64,000 nucleotides of DNA from Pseudomonadota bacterium. Its GTDB lineage: Bacteria; Pseudomonadota; Alphaproteobacteria; Kiloniellales; JAKSDN01. The notes under the pieces were generated by a model. The model was not told the DNA's origin, did not search any database, and worked only from the letters and a program-made list of their open reading frames with translations. This document shows, one piece after another, positions 56,560 to 64,000 of the stretch. The position numbers were made by a program, and so were the translations under genes. Location of the stretch: contig JBCCGG010000014.1 in NCBI GenBank assembly GCA_039029395.1, positions 48,622 to 112,621 on the forward strand. The letters run 5' to 3'. Within the stretch, counting starts at the first letter, position 1, and each line of letters opens with the position of its first letter.

Positions 56560-56910
56560 CTATCTTTCGCGGTAATGCGCAGCCAAGTGCTTGAACTCTT
56601 TCAAAGTGCGCAAGGATGAACGAGGAGGAGTTGGTTTGGTATCGCGTCGATCAGCGCTGGTTCGCTCTAACTCGACCGGACTCGTTTGCACATCGCGCAT
56701 GCCTGGTTCGTTTGGAGTTGTCAGAACATATTGACACTTCGCCATTACGACTTCGCCATGGCGGACATCGACGAGCGGATGCTCAAGAACGCTCTGTCTC
56801 GCTGCAGCACAGGCTGCGTTGTCCTCGAATTGAATCGGTAATGATCTGTCTTCACAATATAGAAGATCGCCGCTGCAAACGACTACGTACAGGAATATGG
56901 AAAGACCCAT
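56560..56910 (-). CDS. Small hypothetical protein with four Cys (possibly secreted)
   Basis: Hydrophobic N-terminus LSIFLYVVVC, C-x6-C...F...C...C pattern. Confidence 0.55.
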   Translation of the reverse strand: MGLSIFLYVVVCSGDLLYCEDRSLPIQFEDNAACAAARQSVLEHPLVDVRHGEVVMAKCQYVLTTPNEPGMRDVQTSPVELERTSADRRDTKPTPPRSSLRTLKEFKHLAAHYRER

Positions 56911-57672
56911 AATGCGCCCCACCCGAATTGTTCATGGTTGAATGTTTTTCGCGATGATTACTGTCGATTCTTAAAGCGATTCAACCGCATCTGGACACGG
57001 AGAAGAAAGGCGCCAATCTGTAAGCCACGGTCGAGCCAGAGCTTCGCTTTATGGGTACCGATGCTCAATTTGCATTGCTCTTCCACCTGTTTGGAAACTA
57101 TGAAAGTCGACACCTCCCTACTGCGCCAGCACTCGACTGGGTGACAAACCAGTGTGTCATTGGCCTTGCAACCGGGTTCAACACTCGCATTCGAAGTCCA
57201 CCTGAGATGCCCCCTACAAAGGAAGAAGCAGGTCTTGGGCTGCAGTGACCAAGATTAGGTATTCTCAGTGCGGCCAAGTGTGGAGTTTTCGTGGAGTCTT
57301 CGTTTCGGCGCGTTGTTCATCTCACCGAATTTCGCCGATCGGTCGGAGCTAAGTCTGACAATAAGTGTAGTTCCACCCAATACCGACGAATCTTCTCGCG
57401 TGAGATTTGCTTGTAACTACTTGTCAACAATTGGCAGGTTGCTGTTCTGCAGTACGCGCCTCAATCTAGTTTGGGAAGATCCGGACATGGGCTTGAAGCC
57501 GCTATCGACAGCAAAGCCATAGAAAAAGTATATCTGGCCGATGGCCGTCACTTGTCTCGCGGCATGCCTGAAATCAGCAATAGGTCAAATATTTCCTTTT
57601 GTTGACCTCCAATTTGTGAGCTGCTTGCGAACCCAATTTGTACGTGACCGCCTCCGCCACCTCACTTGCCCT

Positions 57673-59100
57673 CTACTTCCCTACCCACGCGATCCTGAGC
57701 AAGTTCGTCGTCCCCGGTGTGCCAAACGGCACCCCAGCCGTCACCACGATCTTCTCGCCAGCCTTGGCGATGCCTTCTTCCAGCGCGATCGCGCAGGCCT
57801 TGTCTGTCATCTCCTGGGTGTTCTTCACGTCGTCCGTGTGCACGCAGTGGGCACCCCACAGCAAAACCAGGCGTTGGGCCACCGCGATCTTGTTGGTGAG
57901 GACAATGACCGGCACGTCGGGCCGTTGGCGCGCGGCGCGCATGGCGGTCGAGCCCGACATGGTGTAGGTCACGATGGCCGCAGCCCCGATTGTCGTGCCC
58001 ACTTGGGCGGCCGCGGTCGAGATCGCGTCGGCGGCGGTCGCTTGGGGCTCGGGATGGAGCGCGTGCAGCAGGCGCCGGTATGAGGGGTCCTGCTCGGTGC
58101 TGGTCACGATGCGGTCCATCATGTCGACCGCCTCGACCGGGTATTGGCCGGCCGCGGTCTCGGCCGAGAGCATGACCGTGTCGGCGCCGTCGTAGACCGC
58201 GGTCGCCACGTCGGAAGCCTCAGCGCGGGTCGGCGCCGGGGCGCTGATCATGGATTCCAGCATCTGGGTCGCCACCACCACCGGCTTGCCGGACAGGCGG
58301 CAGGCGCGGATGATCTCCTTCTGGCGGCCGGGCACCTCCTCGGGCGGCATCTCCACGCCCAGATCGCCGCGCGCCACCATGATCGCATCCGACTGCTCGA
58401 CGATCTGGTCGAGACAGGCGAGCGCGGCGGGCTTCTCGATCTTGCTCATGACCGCGGCGCGCCCGGCGATCAGCCGCTTGGCCTCGGCGATGTCCTCGGG
58501 CCGCTGGACGAAAGAGAGGCCGACCCAGTCGACCCCCAGATCGAGCCCGAAGGCGAGATCGCTCAGGTCCTTATCGGTGAGCGGCGAGATCGGCAGCACG
58601 ACGCCTGGCAGGTTGACCCCCTTGTGGTCGCGCAAGGGGCCGCCGGCGATCACCTCGGTGCGCGCGAAGCCGGGCCCGCAGTCGACCACCTTGAGGCGCA
58701 GCTTGCCGTCGTCGAGCAGCAGGTCGGTGCCCGGCTCGAGCGCCGCGAAGACCTCGGGATGGGGCAAGGGCGCGCGGCTCGAATCGCCCTCGGCCGGGTC
58801 CAGGTCGAGCCGATAGCCGGCGCCGGCCTCGAGCATCACCGTGCCCCGTTTCAAGCTGCCGACCCTTAGCTTAGGGCCCTGCAGGTCCAGGAGCACGCCG
58901 ATCGGCCGGCCGGACTCGCGCTCGAGCGCCCTGATCAGCTCGTAGCGCCCCTTGTGGTCGTCATGTTCGCCGTGGCTGAAGTTGAGCCGGAAAACGTCGG
59001 CCCCGGCCTCGAACAGCGCCTTGATGGTCGCCTGATCCGAGCTGGCCGGGCCCAAGGTCGCGATGATCTTGGCCTTGCGTTGCCGTCTGAGCGTGCTCAA
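57673..59100 (-). CDS. pyk: Pyruvate kinase
   Basis: KIIATLGPAS, FRLNFSHG, DLQGPKLR, KIEK, MVARGDLGVE, ATQMLESM, MLSAETA. Confidence 0.95.
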   Translation of the reverse strand: MSTLRRQRKAKIIATLGPASSDQATIKALFEAGADVFRLNFSHGEHDDHKGRYELIRALERESGRPIGVLLDLQGPKLRVGSLKRGTVMLEAGAGYRLDLDPAEGDSSRAPLPHPEVFAALEPGTDLLLDDGKLRLKVVDCGPGFARTEVIAGGPLRDHKGVNLPGVVLPISPLTDKDLSDLAFGLDLGVDWVGLSFVQRPEDIAEAKRLIAGRAAVMSKIEKPAALACLDQIVEQSDAIMVARGDLGVEMPPEEVPGRQKEIIRACRLSGKPVVVATQMLESMISAPAPTRAEASDVATAVYDGADTVMLSAETAAGQYPVEAVDMMDRIVTSTEQDPSYRRLLHALHPEPQATAADAISTAAAQVGTTIGAAAIVTYTMSGSTAMRAARQRPDVPVIVLTNKIAVAQRLVLLWGAHCVHTDDVKNTQEMTDKACAIALEEGIAKAGEKIVVTAGVPFGTPGTTNLLRIAWVGK

Positions 59101-59119
59101 CCCCCGATTCCCCCCGGTC

Positions 59120-59236
59120 CTAGCGCAAGATCGGATCAGATTTGTTCAATCTGATCCGTGAATCCTCCGCTGCCACAATATGCTAGAGACTGATTCACGG
59201 ATCATATCGCATCGACATGATCCGATCAGGCTCTTG
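59120..59236. repeat. Composite palindromic element (RIME/REP-like): two inverted hairpin units
   Basis: Hairpins CGGATCAGATT-N5-AATCTGATCCG and CGGATCAT-N11-ATGATCCG; inter-unit inverted repeat TGATCCGTGAATC/GATTCACGGATCA; both units start with CTAG. Confidence 0.7.
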
Positions 59237-59312
59237 CCTGCCGAGGGACAAGAATGGGCGCGCGCCGCGGATGGGACAACCAAAAAGCGGCGGGGCGTTG
59301 GCTGGGAAGGCG

Positions 59313-59447
59313 CTAGTAGTCCAGAAGGAAGGGGGTCGCCAGCATCAAGAGGAAGGGGCCGGCCATGATCACGGCGGCCAGGACGACAACCACGTCCAAC
59401 GAGACCATTGCCATTTTTCGACTGAGTGTCGTCAATAGACTCGGCAT
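59313..59447 (-). CDS. Small single-pass membrane protein (44 aa)
   Basis: Manual translation MPSLLTTLSRKMAMVSLDVVVVLAAVIMAGPFLLMLATPFLLDY; GGAGG RBS 8 nt upstream; CRP box upstream. Confidence 0.7.
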   Translation of the reverse strand: MPSLLTTLSRKMAMVSLDVVVVLAAVIMAGPFLLMLATPFLLDY

Positions 59448-59519
59448 CTCAAATCCTCCGACCTGGACCGCCAAAATGATGCGGTTTCAGGTATTTGGCG
59501 CGAATTTGCCGCAAATTTA

Positions 59520-59535
59520 AGTGACGGCCATCACA
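59520..59535. promoter_or_regulatory. CRP-type box (minus strand TGTGA-TGGCCG-TCACT, 9/10)
   Basis: Intergenic, 35 nt after the stop of crp paralog 2 and upstream of the 44-aa ORF. Confidence 0.72.
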
Positions 59536-59570
59536 TATCCTTGAGATCCCGCGAGCACCAAGGCCGCCGC

Positions 59571-60272
59571 TCAGGTCGCCTTCGAGCCCGAGCTGGCCGC
59601 CAGGAAGCCGGTCAGCTTATCCCGGTCCATGAGATATAGATTGCGCCCCTTGCGACGCAGCAGGCCGTCGGCATAGAGCTGGCTGAGCGCGCGGGCCACG
59701 GTCTCCCGGGTCGTGCTAACCCGGCTGGCGATCTCGCGCAGAGGCGGCAGAGGCCGAACCACCCAAAGCCCGTCGACCGCGGCGTCGGGCTGGGCCATGC
59801 GCAAAAGCTCGGCATAGACCCGCTGGGTCGCCGCCAGGGTGCTGAGCTCCATGATGCGCACGTCGCCGGCGCGCACCATTTGGGCGAGACGAAACAGCAC
59901 TTTGAAGGTGACCTCGACCCGCTCCTCGAGCAGGCGATGGAACTCGGCCGCCTGGAGCAGGGCAACGTAGGCCGGCTCGGCCGCCACGGCGCTTGCCGAG
60001 CGAGGCTTGCCGTCGATCGCCGAGAGCTCGCCAAAGCAGTCGCCGGCCAAGATCCGGGCGAAAGCGACCTCGCGGCCCGTCAGGCCGGTGTTCACGATAT
60101 GAACCGAGCCCTCGAGGATGAAAAAGACCTCGCGCGCCTCGGAGCCGTACTCCAGGATGCGCTCATTCGCCTTGTAGCGCCGCCAACGGCAGCGCGCCTC
60201 CAGGCGGTCCAAGGTTTCCCGGTCGAGATCGGCAAACAGCTCGATCTGCGCCAGCGACTTGGTCTCCGTCAC
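59571..60272 (-). CDS. Crp/Fnr family transcriptional regulator (CRP-like, paralog 2)
   Basis: FGELSAIDGKPRSAS pocket; HTH LREIASRVSTTRETVAR; 233 aa, like paralog 1. Confidence 0.92.
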   Translation of the reverse strand: MTETKSLAQIELFADLDRETLDRLEARCRWRRYKANERILEYGSEAREVFFILEGSVHIVNTGLTGREVAFARILAGDCFGELSAIDGKPRSASAVAAEPAYVALLQAAEFHRLLEERVEVTFKVLFRLAQMVRAGDVRIMELSTLAATQRVYAELLRMAQPDAAVDGLWVVRPLPPLREIASRVSTTRETVARALSQLYADGLLRRKGRNLYLMDRDKLTGFLAASSGSKAT

Positions 60273-60344
60273 CGGTCAACTCCTGCTCAAGTGCCTGGTT
60301 GGCAATCTGCGCCAGGTTCTGTTTTCAGCCCCTTGACGCCGAGC

Positions 60345-61370
60345 TTACACCACCTGGAAGCCTTTGGCATAGGGATCGGCGTCATCGATGAAAATGGTGT
60401 TGAAGCCGGTCACCCGCGCCCAGCCCTCGATCGAAGGCACGATGGCCGCGTGATTGCCGACCTTCGCCTCGGCCACGACCCGGCCGTGGAATGTGGAGCC
60501 GATGATCGATTCGTGGATGAAGCTGTCGCCGACCGAAAGCTCGCCACGGGCCGCCAGCTGGGCCATGCGCGCCGAGGTGCCGGTGCCGCAGGGGCTGCGG
60601 TCGATCGCCTTGTCGCCGTAAAACACGGCATTGCGGGCGTGGGCCCCGCTGCCCTCGCTCGGCTTGCCGGTCCACATGACATGGCTGACGCCGCGTATCG
60701 CCGGATTGTCCGGGTGCACCACCTCAACCGCGTCGTTGATAATGGGGCGCAGGGTGAGCGAGAGGCGCAGAATGTCGCCGGCCGAATGGTGCTCGAGCCC
60801 GCGAAAGTTCTCTTGAGGCTCGATGATGGCGTAGTAGTTGCCGCCATAGGAGACGTCGAGCTTCAAGGGACCTAGCTCCGGACAGGTGACCTCGACCCCC
60901 TCGAGCGCCAGATAGGCCGGCACGTTGGTGAGGCGCACGGACTCGACCTTGCCGTTTGTCATGGTGTAGGCCGCCTCGACCAGCCCGGCCGGGGTGTCGA
61001 GCATCAAGCGCCCGGGTTCGCGCGGCTGCACCAGGCCGCGTTCCAGGGCGAAGGTCACGGTGCCGATCGTGCCGTGGCCGCACATGGGCAGGCAGCCGCT
61101 GGTCTCGATATAGAGCACTCCGATATCGCAGTCCGGCCGGGTCGGCGGATAGAGGATCGAGCCGGACATCATGTCGTGGCCGCGCGGCTCGAACATCAGG
61201 CCGGTGCGGATCCAATCGTAGCGCTCGAGGAAATCCAGGCGCCGTTCGCTCATGGTGGCGCCCTCCAGCGGCGGCCCGCCGGCGGTCACCAGGCGCACCG
61301 GATTGCCACAGGTATGGCCGTCGATGCAGAAGAAGGTGTTGGGCTTGAGCGTAGTCTGGGCGACAGTCAT
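60345..61370 (-). CDS. 4-hydroxyproline epimerase (proline racemase family)
   Basis: DGHTCGNPVR, EPRGHDMMSG, catalytic PMCGH and DRSPCGTG. Confidence 0.9.
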   Translation of the reverse strand: MTVAQTTLKPNTFFCIDGHTCGNPVRLVTAGGPPLEGATMSERRLDFLERYDWIRTGLMFEPRGHDMMSGSILYPPTRPDCDIGVLYIETSGCLPMCGHGTIGTVTFALERGLVQPREPGRLMLDTPAGLVEAAYTMTNGKVESVRLTNVPAYLALEGVEVTCPELGPLKLDVSYGGNYYAIIEPQENFRGLEHHSAGDILRLSLTLRPIINDAVEVVHPDNPAIRGVSHVMWTGKPSEGSGAHARNAVFYGDKAIDRSPCGTGTSARMAQLAARGELSVGDSFIHESIIGSTFHGRVVAEAKVGNHAAIVPSIEGWARVTGFNTIFIDDADPYAKGFQVV

Positions 61371-61432
61371 GGGCACCTTATAAGGCGCGATCCAGCCTTG
61401 GTGCAACCGGGCGCTCTGGCTATAGTTTAACG

Positions 61433-62233
61433 ATGAGCGAGACCCTGGACCTTTCCGCAACCCAGGCCGGCGCGGCCGAGCCCTACGAGTTGCTCAACCA
61501 GGGCGGCCGGACCGACCTGCTGCTGCTGTGCGACCACGCCAGCAACCAAATCCCGCCGGATCTGGCCGGGCTTGGCCTGGACGAGGCGGCGCTTTGCCGC
61601 CACATCGCGCTCGACATCGGCATCGCCGAAGTGACCCGCGACATGGCCCGGCGGCTCGACGCACCGGCCATCCTAAGCCGCTTCTCGCGGCTCTTGATCG
61701 ATCCCAACCGGCCGCTCGACGACCCGACCCTGATACCCCAGATCAGCGACGACGTGGTGATCCCCGGCAACAAGGGCCTGGGTCCGGCCGAGCGGGACCA
61801 GCGCCTGGCACGCTTCTTCAAACCCTATCACGCCGCGATCGCGCGCCACCTGGACGACGCGCACGCAGCCGGCCACCGCCCGGCGATCGTCTCATTGCAC
61901 TCCTTCACCCCGGTTATGAAGGGCAAGGAGCGGCCCTGGCAGATCGGCGTGCTGTGGAACGAGGACGGGCGCCTGCCCCTGCCCATGATCGCCCGCCTGC
62001 GCGCCGTGGGCCTGACGGTCGGCGACAACGAGCCCTACTCCGGTCGCGGCGGCCATGGCTACACCATGCACCGGCACGCCGATCAGCGGGGCCTGCCCAA
62101 CGTGCTGATCGAGGTGCGCCAGGATTTGATCGACACCCATCACGGCGCCGCCGACTGGGCGCTGCGTCTGAGCAACCTGTTGGACGACATGCTGTCGTCC
62201 GCGGACCTGCGCAAGAGAGGAGCTGCGCTGTGA
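61433..62233 (+). CDS. N-formylglutamate amidohydrolase family protein (second subfamily)
   Basis: CDHASN, HIALDIG, SRLLIDPNR, HSFTP, GDNEPY, IEVRQDLI. Confidence 0.88.
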   Translation: MSETLDLSATQAGAAEPYELLNQGGRTDLLLLCDHASNQIPPDLAGLGLDEAALCRHIALDIGIAEVTRDMARRLDAPAILSRFSRLLIDPNRPLDDPTLIPQISDDVVIPGNKGLGPAERDQRLARFFKPYHAAIARHLDDAHAAGHRPAIVSLHSFTPVMKGKERPWQIGVLWNEDGRLPLPMIARLRAVGLTVGDNEPYSGRGGHGYTMHRHADQRGLPNVLIEVRQDLIDTHHGAADWALRLSNLLDDMLSSADLRKRGAAL

Positions 62234-63402
62234 GCGAACCGAGCTTTACGATCGGCATCGAGGAGGAGTACCTCCTGGTCGACAAGGAAACCCGCAACCT
62301 GATCGACCAGGCGCCCGACAGCCTGATGAGCGAGTGCGAGCGCCGCCTGGAAGGCCGGGTCAGCCCGGAGTTCCTGCAGTCCCAAATCGAGGTCGGCACC
62401 AGCAAGTGCGCGACCTTGAAGGACGCCGCGGCCGAGATCGCCCAGCTGCGCCTGACCGTGGCCGAGGTCGCCGCCGAGCACGGCTTCGCGCCGATCGCCG
62501 CCTCTACCCACCCCTTCGCCTTGTGGGACGAGCAGAAGCACACCAACAAGGAGCGCTACAACATCCTGGCCCGCGACATGCAGGCGGTGGTGCGCCGGCT
62601 CTTGATCTGCGGCATGCATGTCCACGTCGGCCTGGACGACGACGAACTGAGGATCGATCTGATGGGCCAGGTCGCCTACTTCCTGCCCCATATCCTGGCG
62701 CTCTCGACCTCTTCGCCGTTTTGGAAGGGCGAGAACAGCGGCCTCAAGTCCTACCGACTGGCGGTGTTCGACGAGCTGCCCCGGGTCGGCCTGCCCGAGC
62801 ACTTCGACTCCTGGGGCGAGTATCAGCGACACCTGGCGATCCTGATCCAAGCCGGCCTGTTGGAGGACGCCAGCAAGCTGTGGTGGGACGTGCGGCCCTC
62901 GGCGCGCTTTCCGACCCTTGAGATGCGCGTCGCCGACATCTGCACCCTTGCCGCCGACGGCACCACGATCGCCGCGCTCTACGTTTGCCTGCTGCGCATG
63001 CTCTACCGCTTGAAGCGCTCCAATCAGCGCTGGCGCAAGTACGCCAATATGCTGATCCGGGAGAACCGCTGGCGCGCCCAACGCTACGGCCTGGACGAAG
63101 GCCTGGTGGACTTCGGCAAAGGCGAGATCGTGCCCTACCACGACCTCCTGGAAGAGCTCCTGAGCCTGGTCCAGGTGGACGCCGCCGCGCTCGACTGCTG
63201 GGACGAGGTCAAGGGCGCGCGCGAGATCCTCAAGCGCGGCACCAGCGCCCACCGCCAAATCGCCACCTACAAGGCCGCCTGCAGCGCCGGCGCCGACCCG
63301 CGCGAAGCGCTGCACCAGGTGGTCGATCAGCTGATCGCCGAGACCGTGGAGGGCCTGGATGCGGCGGGCGATGCCGAGCGGGCCGCCGCCGCCGGGCGCT
63401 AG
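62230..63402 (+). CDS. Carboxylate-amine ligase, YbdK/GCS2 family
   Basis: GIEEEY, QIEVGT, CGMHVHVG, SSPFW, WWDVRP, TLEMR, ENRWRAQRYG; GTGA overlap with the upstream gene. Confidence 0.9.
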   Translation: MSEPSFTIGIEEEYLLVDKETRNLIDQAPDSLMSECERRLEGRVSPEFLQSQIEVGTSKCATLKDAAAEIAQLRLTVAEVAAEHGFAPIAASTHPFALWDEQKHTNKERYNILARDMQAVVRRLLICGMHVHVGLDDDELRIDLMGQVAYFLPHILALSTSSPFWKGENSGLKSYRLAVFDELPRVGLPEHFDSWGEYQRHLAILIQAGLLEDASKLWWDVRPSARFPTLEMRVADICTLAADGTTIAALYVCLLRMLYRLKRSNQRWRKYANMLIRENRWRAQRYGLDEGLVDFGKGEIVPYHDLLEELLSLVQVDAAALDCWDEVKGAREILKRGTSAHRQIATYKAACSAGADPREALHQVVDQLIAETVEGLDAAGDAERAAAAGR

Positions 63403-63459
63403 ACAAGCACAGGCTGGGCACCAATATGCTCGCTCAAGACAATCACAGGAAGCGATGAC

Positions 63460-63768
63460 ATGACGATCGACGACAAGACCCGCACCGAACTGGAGGCCGC
63501 CGCCTTCCGCCACCTGGTTGAGCATCTGCGCGAACGCACCGACGTGCAGAACATCGATCTGATGAACCTGGCCGGCTTTTGCCGCAACTGTCTGTCCAAA
63601 TGGTACAAGGCCGCGGCCGAGGAAAAGGGCCTGGAGATCGACTACGAAGCGGCCCGCGAATTGGTCTACGGCATGCCCTACGGCGAATGGAAGGCCAAGC
63701 ATCAGTCCGAGGCCACCGCCGAGCAAAAGGCCGCCTACGCAAGAACGGTCGCACAGCAGCAGCACTAG
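63460..63768 (+). CDS. DUF1244 family protein
   Basis: ELEAAAFR.L..HL, VQNIDLMNLAGFCRNCL, VYGMPY.EWK. Confidence 0.9.
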   Translation: MTIDDKTRTELEAAAFRHLVEHLRERTDVQNIDLMNLAGFCRNCLSKWYKAAAEEKGLEIDYEAARELVYGMPYGEWKAKHQSEATAEQKAAYARTVAQQQH

Positions 63769-63774
63769 TCGGGC

Positions 63775-64000
63775 GTGGCCGCTGGGCATTTCGACCGGGT
63801 GATCTTCGCCGACTGGTCGGCTGCCTCGAGCCCCGGGCCGCGCCAACCGGCGCCCGATAGCTGCTGGGTCGCCTGGGGCACCGTTGAGCGCCGACCCGCG
63901 CCCAGGTACTGCCGCACTCGGGCCGCCGCGGAACACTTCATCAAGGAACTCGCCCACGAGGCCATGGCGGCCGGCGAGCGCTGCCTGATCGGCTTCGATT
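63775..64000 (+). CDS. Partial CDS, DUF429-like/RNase H-fold hypothetical protein (runs off window)
   Basis: Manual translation MAAGHFDRVIFADWSAASSPGP..DSCWVA..RTRAAA..LIGFD. Confidence 0.6.
   Translation, partial: MAAGHFDRVIFADWSAASSPGPRQPAPDSCWVAWGTVERRPAPRYCRTRAAAEHFIKELAHEAMAAGERCLIGFD

Larger units (their letters stand above)
54660..57665. other. Low-GC islet (probable horizontally acquired insert, no mobility gene seen)
   Basis: By eye roughly 50-55% GC against about two-thirds GC in the flanks; two genes plus about 1 kb of non-coding or degenerate DNA. Confidence 0.7.

Noticed and set aside
56938-57660. Short ORFs in the right part of the low-GC islet
   Set aside because: No RBS, motif or coding-like composition; treated as non-coding or decayed DNA
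1-64000. CRISPR array, rRNA, transposase, prophage genes
   Set aside because: No regularly spaced repeats or recognisable sequences or proteins of these classes found by eye

Overview
High-GC chromosomal window from an alphaproteobacterium (cpdR next to tRNA-Val(GAC) with a CtrA box, type-B L36; Rhodospirillales-like, by inference). It holds the end of an exosortase-A/PEP-CTERM-associated cluster, a tungsten-family aldehyde:ferredoxin oxidoreductase operon, azlCD, glcDEF, pyk, many transporters and regulators, and several small low-GC inserts. No integrase, transposase, CRISPR array or rRNA was recognised. The top candidate for a new system is a cyclic-nucleotide signalling module. Two paralogous Crp-family genes sit beside three intergenic CRP boxes (TGTGA-N6-TCACA; two perfect, one 9/10). 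Each box lies directly upstream of a different tiny single-membrane-helix or secreted ORF (51, 80 and 44 aa), and the first locus continues into an effector-less TolB-like/TPR protein and a class III adenylate cyclase. Other notable items are a paired palindromic operator for an ABATE/CGNR zinc-finger protein, helically phased repeats in front of a wHTH-TolB-TPR regulator, a PruR-like pterin-binding protein coupled to a hybrid histidine kinase behind a structured riboswitch-like leader, and an uncharacterised DUF3604/DmdA-like operon. All calls come from reading the sequence by eye; no searches or folding were run.
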